This document shows positions 1 to 10,101 of a stretch of 37,628 bases of DNA, in pieces (the stretch's first letter is position 1; each line of letters begins with the position of its first letter). The stretch spans positions 107,245,745-107,283,372 of the forward strand of contig NC_068987.1 in NCBI RefSeq assembly GCF_001194135.2, in the 5' to 3' direction. Source of the stretch: Octopus bimaculoides (lineage: Eukaryota). The position numbers and the translations under genes were made by a program. A model generated the notes under the pieces. That model had not been told where the DNA came from and did no database searches. It worked only from the letters and a program-made list of their open reading frames with translations.

Positions 1-317
1 GGAAAAACTTTCAAAATACAAAGACCTGGAAATAGAGATAACTCGAATGTGGAATCTAAAAACAGAAACAATTCCTATCATAGTAGGTGCCTTAGGTATA
101 ATAAAAAAATATTCAGACAAATACATAACAAAAACACCAGGACTTACAAATATATATAACATACAGAAAATTGCACTACTGGTTACTGCACACATTCTAC
201 GCAAAACACTTTCAATACAGTAAACATAAGAGCACCACAGCAAACCACAGCACATACCCAAGGCGCACAGAGCTGCGCTCGGTAGTGAAGTGAAAGCACG
301 TTATAAAAATAAAACTA

Positions 318-320
<3 letters not shown>
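1..320 (+). mobile_element. 3' end of an R4/Dong-type non-LTR retrotransposon (C-terminus after the restriction-like endonuclease motif, plus 3' UTR)
   Basis: Frame 2..223 (not in the ORF track; starts before the window) reads EKLSKYKDLEIEITRMWNLKTETIPIIVGALGIIKKYSDKYITKTPGLTNIYNIQKIALLVTAHILRKTLSIQ*. This matches the K-Y-x-D-L...W...P-x-x-x-GALG...ILR C-terminus of RLE-type LINEs. A ~100-nt UTR follows and ends in (AAT)10. Confidence 0.85.

Positions 321-350
<30 letters not shown>
321..350. repeat. (AAT)10 microsatellite; tail or target of the upstream LINE
   Basis: Read directly. Confidence 0.95.
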
Positions 351-795
351 TAGCCACAAAGGTCGATAAAAATAATTTTGGACATTACTAAACATGAAGG
401 ACAAAGTAGGGTTATATAAAGTGTCGTATAATAAGTCAATAACAATAAAAAATATAACAAAGAAAATGCATAAAGGATGCAAGCAACAACATGCTACTAT
501 AGAGACCCCATGACAAGTCCATAGCCCCACGACCACTAGGGCAACATCCCTCTCCCCATCTCTCTCTCTCAGCCTTAGAAACTCAAACAGGCACGCTCAA
601 AGTTGACCCGTTGACCCGGAACAACTTAGCTATATAATCACCCACCTTTTAACAAAATTGCTGGAAGTTAGTTCTTCTCTCTCAACCCTCATCTGATGAG
701 AAATGTATTTGTCTACAGCCCTTTCAGTCTAGACCACCACACAACCTCTTTCGCTACAGCCATGAGACAGATAAAATTTGCCTTCCTTTGCGGGG

Positions 796-796
796 C

Positions 797-856
<60 letters not shown>

Positions 857-879
857 AATAATAATAATAATAATAATAA
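796..879. repeat. Compound (CAA)n(TAA)n microsatellite
   Basis: Read directly; it produces the poly-T/poly-I and poly-V ORFs at 696..917 and 713..979. Confidence 0.95.
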
Positions 880-1554
880 AGTTGCGTAGCATTACCTTTA
901 AATCTTTTAGTATATAAACAACTTTACAGAGACCAACATATGTTTCAACTGCACCGATTAGTAACCGTTGAAATTGCAACCGTAGTATAATACCGGTGCA
1001 GTTCCTTCAGGGTTTTACTCTTAAGAACATTATCGGATTTACATATTAACTCTCGAATACCTTATTTTGAATAACTACGTGAAAGAGAACCGGTAGACAT
1101 TTTGGGTAATCCCTTACTATTGAAATATGTGTGTGTGTCTGTACACGCACACTCACAAACATAAATTGCAGACAGATTCTCATACACACAAAAGCATACG
1201 GAAATCTATACACACACTTTTGCTTCATAGGTCCGTTCCGTTGTAAGTGCATGCCTAACTTTCGCATACACTTACGACTTTGGGAATTGTGTGAGTGTTG
1301 TGTGTGCGTGTGTCTGCGAGAGATAAAGAGTGAGAGAGAGAGATAAATAGACAGGCAGACAGTGAGGGTGAGGGTGTAGAAAACTATATGAAAGGCAAAC
1401 AATCAATAAAAGCAAGTGAAATGTGGTAAAACATACATGTGTTTAATTATGTGAAGATATTTGTTTTATGTGATTTGTCTATATTCTACCATCGCATAAA
1501 CATACTTAGACAGGCCCACATACACGCAGAAAGAGAAACAGAGATACAGAGGCA

Positions 1555-1775
1555 TAAAGTAGGGTAGATAGATAGATATTTAGATAGAGGGATAGATAAT
1601 TTTCAGTAGGGAGTAAAGTAGATATTCAGAAATAGGTAGGTAGGTAGGCACGTAGGTAGGTAGACGGTTTGGTATGTACGTAGGTAGTTAGATACGTACA
1701 TACATAGATAAATATATCGATAGATAGATACATGCATACATACATATATACATACATAAATACATACACGGACAC
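1555..1775. repeat. Compound tetranucleotide repeat drifting among AGAT, AGGT, ACGT and ACAT units
   Basis: Read directly. Confidence 0.8.
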
Positions 1776-1896
1776 CTCGCTTCATATTAATACATGTGTA
1801 TGTATTTGGTTATGGTTGTTTTAGAAAACCGAACGTTAGCCTATATACCTAACCTTTTTTTAATAATGTTTTCTATTGTAAGCATAACGTCTGCAA

Positions 1897-2057
1897 TTTA
1901 AGGGGAGGGAACTGGTAGATTACATAGACCCCAGTGCACGACTGGTACTTTATCAAGGCCGAAAAAATGAATGACGGAAGACCTCTGCACAGTTTGAACT
2001 CAGAACGTAAAAGCAGATGAAATACCGCTAAACATTTTTTCGGCGTGCTTAATAGTC
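1897..2057 (-). mobile_element. SINE family A, diverged copy
   Basis: Reverse-strand match to the family A core (tttgaactcagaacgtaaaagcagatgaaataccgctaa; cccagtgcacgactggtacttt). Confidence 0.7.
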
Positions 2058-2104
2058 CTTCTTGTTCACTGTCTTAATGAGAGTTTTAATAATGGTTTCA
2101 AATT

Positions 2105-2294
2105 ATGGCACATACCCAGCAATTTTCGGTGGAGAAAGTATCTCGCTCACATCTATACTGGGCTTATTTTATCTACACCGAAAGGATGACAGGTAAAATC
2201 AACTTCGGTGGAATTTGAACTCAGAACATAAGGACGAACGAAATTACGCTAAACAATTTGCCCGGCATACTAACTATTCTACCCGCTCACCACC
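2105..2294 (-). mobile_element. SINE family A, diverged copy
   Basis: ccgaaaggatga...ggaatttgaactcagaac...gcccggcatactaactattctacccgctcacc is the reverse complement of the head and core. Confidence 0.75.
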
Positions 2295-2310
2295 CATTAA
2301 TAATCTTTAT

Positions 2311-2505
2311 TCCTTGGTCTCAAATTTGGGTGGGAAGTCTAGTCGAATTTATCGACCTCAGTGTTACACTGATACCTAATTTGCCGACCTCGAAAGGATG
2401 AAATGCAATGTCGACCTCGGCGGAGTTTGAAATCAGAACGTAAAAACGGACGAAATGTCTTTAAGCCTTTCGCTCGGCGTGCTAACGGTTTGGCCAGCTT
2501 GCCGC
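2311..2505 (-). mobile_element. SINE family A copy
   Basis: cgaaaggatgaaatgcaatgtcgacctcggcggagtttgaaatcagaacg...ggcgtgctaacggtttggccagcttgccgc is the reverse complement of the head and core. Confidence 0.85.
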
Positions 2506-2944
2506 AATTCATCGCCCTTTAATAATAGCAAATGTTGGTAATCGAAGCACTACGAAAGAAATTAGGCGGAAAGCGTGGGAAAGCGTGCAGCTAATTGAAT
2601 GCATCACAATATCTGTTTGCACCTCGGTTAGGTGAAACGGCACGTTACCGCAGAGGAATTGGAAATCAGTACGTGCATGCAACACTAAGGATTTTATTCT
2701 AACGGTCTACGTTGCTTATTTAGGGATACAATACAATACTGCTTGAAATAGCCTGTATATTATCACTTGACCCGCTAGCAATAGCAGCAACCTGTTTTGG
2801 TCACATCTTCAATGTGCTGTATGAGAAAGTTGCATCTTATATAAAATAAATAATATTTCTTATCGGCACAAAATATTCCACATATCAGAGATAATCTTTA
2901 TGTAGTGATGCGGTAGAAAATCTACCCTGAATCTCAGCCCACCA

Positions 2945-4230
2945 CTTTAAATGCTACATAAAATTAAAAAGACTGGAAGCCGTGGCAGGAATTCCTACGA
3001 AGAACTTGACTCGTTCAATCCTGTTTTGTTACAGGAACTGGTTTGTGTAACAAGTTTAAGACGCAAGAACTGTTCAAACAGATTATGTTACACAAACTGC
3101 GTATTTCTATACATAATATACAACAGTATTTATTTAGAAACTTTCGCCTCAGCAATCAAAGCTATCGACGAAGAATATTATTTTGCCCCTTAATATGTCA
3201 GAAACAGAAAGAAAATTCCATTCCCCGCAAAGCACATCGTGAAATCTTAAAGGAAGTGAGAGCCCATACTGTAATCTATTATACACTTTCTGAAAAAATA
3301 AAAAAATAAAATGGATTAGTCATGGTTGGAAAGATTTAATTGGAGATTATATTCGAGTAGAGAAATCCTGGAAATAGGAACAACAATCACATGTCTACAA
3401 GAAAACAGTCATATATCCTTCACGTATCCTTCAGAGATTGCAGCTAAACTACCTTTGAAATAACATCTTTTTCTCTAAAACAAAGTTGTATACACTGAAT
3501 AGAAGAGAATAAGCTGGTGAAACAGCGGAATGGTCATGGCCGGTAAGAACGAACATACAGGCTTATTCCATTACCATTGACGACGGATAAATAACAAAAA
3601 CAGACAAAAAATATACAAATGTTGCATAAGACGATTCCACAATTGATAATATATCCCTACATACATTAATGTATGAAAATATTAAGTCAGGTCGAGGTAG
3701 AGGCTGTTAGTTTTCTGAGATGTAGATGAACACGAATATAGGAAGTAGAATTTAAGTTACTGAACGAGATATGCAATGACAGAGACATAGCAATGTCCAA
3801 GCCTGATTATCTACTCGCCTGGCACCGAGTGTAAAGTTTAAAAAAACACTTCACTATCAGTGCTACTGCTGTCCTAGCGGCCAGCAACACACACAAAGAC
3901 AGAGAAACACTTGTCAATGAGAAGCGATCTATGCGGTGACTCGATGTACTAGACGTAGTAGATAATTCCTCTCAGAACACACACCACTATCTTTAAAGAT
4001 TCGAAAGACATTTTGTGTAATGTAGTTGCGGAAAGCCTTCAAAAGACTGGAAGGTATTGGCTGGACTGCCTTAGAAAATATGGTTGATCTAGGATTAGAC
4101 AACAACAGTATACAACAAGGCTACTATAACATCAAAGCAAAAATAATGACTTCAACACTACGAATTATTTCATTATTGCAATATATTATATGGTGTTGAG
4201 TTTTAACAATAGAGCAGAAATAAACGGCTC
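2945..4230 (+). mobile_element. Heavily decayed LINE reverse-transcriptase remnant, probably RTE clade
   Basis: Degenerate RT motifs occur in the expected order across shifted frames: KIKKTGSRG...LCNK-like (~2960-3055), EQ/STRKQSYILH (~3380-3425), VA*DDS resembling VRQGDS (~3621-3638), VLAASNTHKDRETLVNE (~3870-3920), LDVVDN (~3948-3966), KRLEGIGWTALENM (~4042-4083), ILYGVEF (~4183-4203). There are many stops and frameshifts, so this is a by-eye motif match. Confidence 0.55.
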
Positions 4231-4439
4231 TGTTATGATTGGACGATAAGTGTGCAAACACTTAGAAAACTATATTGCTTGGTAAACAGTATAGCTAGGC
4301 AGAGTGCATCTGTTCACATACTGATTAATAAAAGCAAGCCAGAATATTCAATTAGGTGTCTGTTCGATAGATTTGATAATTACAATATCACTTCAATTTA
4401 ACCACACCAAAGGGCCAATCATACTCATATCGAGTATCA

Positions 4440-5032
4440 TACACAGAGACACACATACGCTTAACATACATGCATACATACATACTTATATACATACACA
4501 CATACACATATAAGTAAGTACATATATGCATACGTACATACATACGTACGTACATACAAACATAGATATACGTACATATGAATATACACACACGCACATA
4601 TATACATATGCACACGCATACAAACATGCGCACACACGCTCGAACGTACACATACGCCAATATTTGTATGTGTTCGTTTAGATATTTGCATTATATGCAT
4701 ATATATAGATGCCCTTCGTACAATATACACNNNNNNNNNNNNNNNNNNNNNNNNNNNNNNNNNNNNNNNNNNNNNNNNNNNNNNNNNNNNNNNNNNNNNN
4801 NNNNNNNNNNNNNNNNNNNNNNNNNNNNNNNNNNNNNNNNNNNNNNNNNNNNNNNNNNNNNNNNNNNNNNNNNNNNNNNNNNNNNNNNNNNNNNNNNNNN
4901 NNNNNNNNNNNNNNNNNNNNNNNNNNNNNNNNNNNNNNNNNNNNNNNNNNNNNNNNNNNNNNNNNNNNNNNNNNNNNNNNNNNNNNNNNNNNNNNNNNNN
5001 NNNNNNNNNNNNNNNNNNNNNNNNNNNNNNNN

Positions 5033-5071
<39 letters not shown>

Positions 5072-5121
5072 ATACTCACACACACACACATATATATATA
5101 TACATGCCTGTGTGTGTGTGC

Positions 5122-5157
<36 letters not shown>

Positions 5158-5414
5158 GTACATGTATATATACATGTAAATACATGTATTTACATGTATA
5201 TGTGCATATGTATGCATGGAAACACACATGCGCATATACGTGTGCATTATTTGTACGAATAGTATACATATGCATGTATAAATTTACAGACGTATATATA
5301 TTCACATGTGAATAAGTGTATGAATGTATGTATGTATGTATGCGCGCATATATATATACATGCATACACACATGCATGCATATACTCATGTAATATATGC
5401 ATATATATATGTGT

Positions 5415-5446
<32 letters not shown>

Positions 5447-5525
5447 ACGTGTGCATGTGTGTATGTGTGCGTATGTATGTGTATGTGTGTGTGTGTTTGC
5501 GTGTGCTTATGTATGTATATATTTA
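4440..5525. repeat. TA/CA/TG-rich low-complexity block spanning a gap
   Basis: Read directly; source of the Y/I/H/T/V/C-rich pseudo-ORFs. Confidence 0.9.
4731..5031. other. Assembly gap (N run)
   Basis: N characters. Other gaps are at 9061-9070, 14798-14941, 19878-20215, 31147-31816 and 32758-32846. Confidence 0.99.
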
Positions 5526-6650
5526 TAATTGTGACGTTATTAATTAATATTTCATGTCCTGATAAATCGGCATAATTAATTAGTATGATCGATTAACGAA
5601 TAAGGAAGGCATAGAGAGCGGAAAGATAACAGTGAGAATGGTAGAATGGTCTGTTTATTCATCGTTCATTGATAAATTGGTTTGATTATCTCACTTGACG
5701 CCCCTTGGGATAAAATGAGCTATAAGTCACCAATGAAATACTGAGGCTGCCACTGCTGATGCCGCGGCTATTTATCTCTCTGTACTTTATAACCTGCATT
5801 AATTTAAAATGTTGGTAAACATGACGAGCTCGTCGTGGACGAAAACAGCAATCGAAATAGACAGATGAACTAATAGTATGAATATAGCTATATAGTTCTT
5901 TTACTCTTCCACTGGTTTCAAGGAGTGTACTATGGCTATCAATGGGCACTCCTTTCTTGCAGTTTAGTCAGCCGTATCGGGCCAGATTCTATTTTCCAGA
6001 AGGCGCGTTGCGAGTGGTTAGGGTGTTGCACTGACTATCAGTGTCCTATGCTTTTTCTAGATCATTTCATTTCACATCACTCCAGTCTTGTCAGTAGTAA
6101 ATAAGTAAGGGAGACTGCGACGGATTGGCTACCCTTTGAGTGACGATATTGTGATTCGATTCCTTATACGTGATGGAAAATGAGTAACCGTCCCTAGGAG
6201 TTCTACGAATCGAAGCAGTAATATTCAGATGCTGATTACTATTTCGCAATCTTCTACATTTTTTATAGATTTCAATAATTTATCAAATGTCTGAGTGGAT
6301 TTTAGACAGTGAATTGTAGTGATCGAACGCCATGAATTATATGCTCCGAATCATTGCACACCGACTTGAAATGCCATCGAAGACATCTTTGCTTCTCGAT
6401 GTACAAAGGAAATATCAGATGATCTGATCAGAGCAGAGAATTAGGCAGAACTGCATGTGAGTATTTATTCTGGTCCTTTGCATTCTGAATTTTCGATCTG
6501 TTATTTGAATCCGGTACCTGAACGGCTACATGTTAGTGGATTAATAACAATGTTAGCTCTCGAATATCGTGGTTTTTTTCACTTTTCATACTCTCTTTCC
6601 ATCTTCATTGTTCTGCTAAATTTGGTTACAGCGAGCAATAAAAATTACCC

Positions 6651-6958
6651 CCTTGCTACCATGTAACTACGGTTTTACTCTAACCGTACAGTATACTGGG
6701 ACAGTGCTTTCTGTTTTGGCCTCAAGTTAATCATACAACGTTCTATTCTCTTCTTTCAGCAGGGAATCGGGTCGTAATAGAGGCTGTGACTTTCCTTATA
6801 GGTAGATGCACACGAATATAGAACGTACAGTTTAGGTTGCTGAAGGAGATATGAAATTACAAAGACAGTGCAATGTCCAACATTATACACAAGTGTGTGT
6901 GTGTTTGTATGTGTATGTGTGTGAGCGTGTGTGAGTGAGTGGGTGAGTGAGTGAGTGT

Positions 6959-7016
<58 letters not shown>

Positions 7017-7174
7017 GACAGAGAGAGAGAGACAGAGAGAGAGAAACATTTGCGCAATTTCTATCCACTAAATTCCACTGATATTTCTATTGGTTAACTT
7101 GAGGCCAAAACGGGGGAAAAAAGGCCCAGTATACTACACGGTGACAATAAAACCGTAATTACATGGTAGCAAGG
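6651..7174. mobile_element. MITE-like non-autonomous DNA element with ~83-bp terminal inverted repeats
   Basis: 6651-6733 (ccttgctaccatgtaactacggttttactctaaccgtacagtatactggg...gttttggcctcaagttaatca) is an imperfect reverse complement of 7091-7174. No coding capacity inside and no clean TSD. Confidence 0.8.
6895..7045. repeat. (TG)n/(TGAG)n/(GA)n microsatellite inside the MITE-like element
   Basis: Read directly. Confidence 0.9.
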
Positions 7175-8053
7175 AAGCATTTTTTTATTTATAAATTACC
7201 CATAACCGGCCGTATTTTCATTGTAAAGTGATATTAAGTACTGCAAACTTACATTTGACGGTAGAAATGAGAACAAAACCCACTGAAAGAAACGGAAGCA
7301 CTATGTAACGCTGTCCAGGTGACGGCCTTACGGTTTACACTTCAAACAGCTGCCAATGCGCTTCTCTTTCACTCGCTCTCTTTCTAACTTATTCTCTGTC
7401 TATCTCACTGTAGCTTCTCACTGTCAAATTTGTTTCTTAGCTTTATATTCCTTCTCTTTTTTTCTGTGATATTTTTTGAGCTATGACGCTATTGGAATTA
7501 TATCGTTTTTCAACTACCTTTCTCTTCAGTAATTCTTCTTTCTCAGTTGTTGAGATAAGCAAACTATCACTATTACACACTTAGTTACTCGATTTAAAGC
7601 GCTCATCTTGGTTGTTACAATCACAACATTTCACTATTGAATTGCTCTTCTGAAGGTGCGGCTTGAAAAGAACGCATGCGATAATGTTTTCGGTGTTTCC
7701 AATACTTCAATGAAAAATTCCATTTAATATTCCAAGAAAAACCTGAAGAAATCTGGAAGAAACACTAGCCGAAAGGATCAAGATAAAAACTCCACTCCGA
7801 ATATATCGCCATATAATAAACACATTAATATCCACGTAGATCCGGTATTTCAGCGAGAAATATTGCCATTTTTTATAACCACGGAGTGATTTTGAGTTCC
7901 CAGATCAAGGGACGAGTGTCTACAGAGGCAAAAGTTCCCCTACAGAAGAGGCATAAATGCCTCCCCCATAAACCCGTCACCTGGTGTAATCAGCTCCTCG
8001 CTTCAAGCTCTGGCTGCGCTACTACCATTAATCAGATTATTTTTGAGTTCATA

Positions 8054-8500
8054 TTTCGTGATCTTCTATCCTAACTATTCGTTAAATAACCGGTAAATAA
8101 TTACATAAAGTGAATAAATTGTTAGTTAAATAGCAATTAACTAATCTGTGAATTCTATTTCCGTGACATGCTTATGTAAAGTGAGCGTCAAAATATTATC
8201 TAATTACAAATAAATCGTTGTTGATATAAACCTTACATGGTCTAAGATGTCGGTTTCCGTGATGTATTCTGTTTAAAGTTTTCGTTAAATAATCACTAAA
8301 TAATTATAAAATAATTAAGTATTAGTTTAAATAACTATTAGGTAGTCAGTCTATAGAACATTTTCGTGATATATCACATGTAAAGTTTACGTTAAATCAT
8401 CATTAAATAATTATCAGATAATATGTTGGTTAAATAAACTATTTGTTATTCTAACTAAATTATCCCATAAAAAGTCGTTAACTACTGAAACTTAAATTAT
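8054..8500. repeat. Degenerate AT-rich tandem repeat, period ~96-107 bp, 4-5 units
   Basis: An anchor TTT(C)CGTGA...TAAAGT...CGTTAAATAA...TAAATAATTA recurs at about 8054, 8158, 8254 and 8361. Confidence 0.6.
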
Positions 8501-8998
8501 AAGGGTTTCATAGACTATCTAAAATATTAGTTCCAGCATCGTGGTCTGTCTTCATAAATCAATATTCCTATGCAGACCTTTTTCCGAAATATATTCCAAT
8601 GGAAGCACTTAATTTCATTTCTTTTTTCTTTGTGGGGAAATACCTTGCATTATTTTGTCTTTGGTATGTCTTCGTGGTACACTGACGATCAGAAGTAACT
8701 AAATAAATAATTATTGATGTATTTCGTATAGACGTTTTAAGAAAAATCATGACTTACAGTTATAAATTGAGAGAAGCTTAGCAACTTCTTGAATATCTTG
8801 TATTGATCACACTTGTGTGTGTAATAAAGTGATGAATAACACGCTTTTCAAGACGCTCAGACATTACCTGGATGTTTTGAAGATTTAAATTGTATTTAAA
8901 AAAAGTCACCCGCCCACTTTGAGAACCACATCACTATGGCTTATAATGCATACATATGCAGATACATACATATATAGATACATGCATGTATTGATGCA

Positions 8999-9000
<2 letters not shown>

Positions 9001-9060
<60 letters not shown>

Positions 9061-9070
9061 NNNNNNNNNN

Positions 9071-9125
<55 letters not shown>

Positions 9126-9135
9126 TATATATATA

Positions 9136-9166
<31 letters not shown>

Positions 9167-9215
9167 ATGTGTGTGTTTATATCTATATATCTATGTCTAT
9201 GTCTATCTATCTATC
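9001..9215. repeat. Alternating purine-pyrimidine compound repeat (TA)n-(CA)n-(TA)n-(GC)7-(GT)n
   Basis: Read directly; contains a 10-N gap. Confidence 0.95.
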
Positions 9216-9443
9216 TCGGCTTTAACCTGGATTGATCTTCGTTCACCTTCAAGAGTGAATATAATATGAGGAATAGGTGGTTGCTATTTTCTAATAGATC
9301 AAGGAATCGTGTAAGAGACTGCCTCGAAGGATCCTCCTTAAATACAATAATTGGTTAAAGATAATTTTTTATTACAATCCGTAGAAACATTTGAAAATTT
9401 TCAGTTATTTAAACAAAACCTCTCAAATACTTGTTTCACATGT

Positions 9444-9644
9444 TGGTACAAGGCTAGCATTTGTGAGTGAGGGGTAAGTCGATAGCATCGACCCTAGTGT
9501 TTAACTGGTACATATTTTATCGATGTTGACAGGATGATAGGCAACATCAACCTCGGCTGAATTTGAATTGAGAATGTAAGGACAAGCAAAGTGGCGTTAA
9601 GCATTTTGCTCGGCGTGCTAACAACTCTGCCAGCTCGCTCCCTT
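9444..9644 (-). mobile_element. SINE family A copy
   Basis: Ends in ggcgtgctaacaactctgccagctcgctccctt, the reverse complement of the head; the core is also present. Confidence 0.85.
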
Positions 9645-9670
9645 CAAATTTCTCTAATATTAAGAAAATC

Positions 9671-10101
9671 AGGCGGCGAACTGGTGGAAAGGTTAGCCCG
9701 CCGGGCGAAATGCTTAGCAGTATTTCGTCTGCCGCTACGTTCTGAGTTTAGTTTCCGCCGAGGTCGAATTTGCCATTCATCTTTTCGGGGCGGATTAAAT
9801 AAGTACCAGTTACGCACTGAAGTAGATATAATCGATTTAATCCGTTTGTCTGTACTTGTTTTTCCCCTCTGTGTGTAGTCCCTTGTAGGCAGTATAGAAA
9901 TAAGAAACGTTAGCACGACGGACGAAATGCTTAGCGGTATTTCGTCTATCATTACGTTCTGAGTTCAAATTCCGCCGATGTCGATTTTGCCTTTCATTCT
10001 TTAGGGGTCGATAAATTAAGTACCAGTTGCGTACTGGGATCGATCTAATCGACTAGCCCTCTCCCGAAAAAATTCGCGCCCTGTGCCTAGAGTAGAAAAG
10101 A
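9671..10101 (+). mobile_element. SINE family A dimer: tail-type-1 unit (9671-9903) joined to a head-truncated tail-type-2 unit (9904-10101)
   Basis: Two copies of head and core, with a Pol III B-box-like GTTCAAATTCC in the second unit. Candidate TSD aatattaagaaaatc (9656-9670) and aatattaaacacatc (10102-10116), 12/15 identical. Confidence 0.9.

Noticed and set aside
686-720. CTGATGA hammerhead-like box (ctcatctgatgagaaatg)
   Set aside because: No stem II between CTGATGA and GAAA and no stem III or NUH site; it is just a short palindrome.
3690-4320. Minus-strand hydrophobic frame resembling GPCR TM6-TM7 (…SLCVLLAARTAVALIV…SNLNSTSY…)
   Set aside because: More than ten stops upstream and a missing helix; the opposite strand shows ordered LINE RT motifs, and T-rich antisense DNA is naturally hydrophobic when translated.
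4388-5575. Long overlapping ORFs rich in Y/I/H/T/C/V (also 19835-20322 and 30870-31966)
   Set aside because: They are translations of (TA)/(CA)/(TG) repeats and N-gaps, open in several frames on both strands.
5640-6450. Possible third decayed RT (FFIDFNNL near 6260) or membrane-protein pseudogene
   Set aside because: Only one weak motif with many stops in all frames; not supportable without a search.
7740-7785. CTGAAGA…CCGAAAGGATC hammerhead-like spacing
   Set aside because: Stem II is only weakly paired, and no stem III or stem I can be formed.
9671-9780. tRNA gene suggested by A-box and B-box motifs (also 16471, 17624, 22304)
   Set aside because: No cloverleaf by eye; the motifs continue into a shared core and tail and are flanked by TSDs, so these are SINE heads.
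9444-10101. Repeated ~30-bp motifs that could suggest a CRISPR-like array
   Set aside because: They are parts of dispersed SINE copies in both orientations, with no regular repeat-spacer period and no cas genes in a eukaryotic context.
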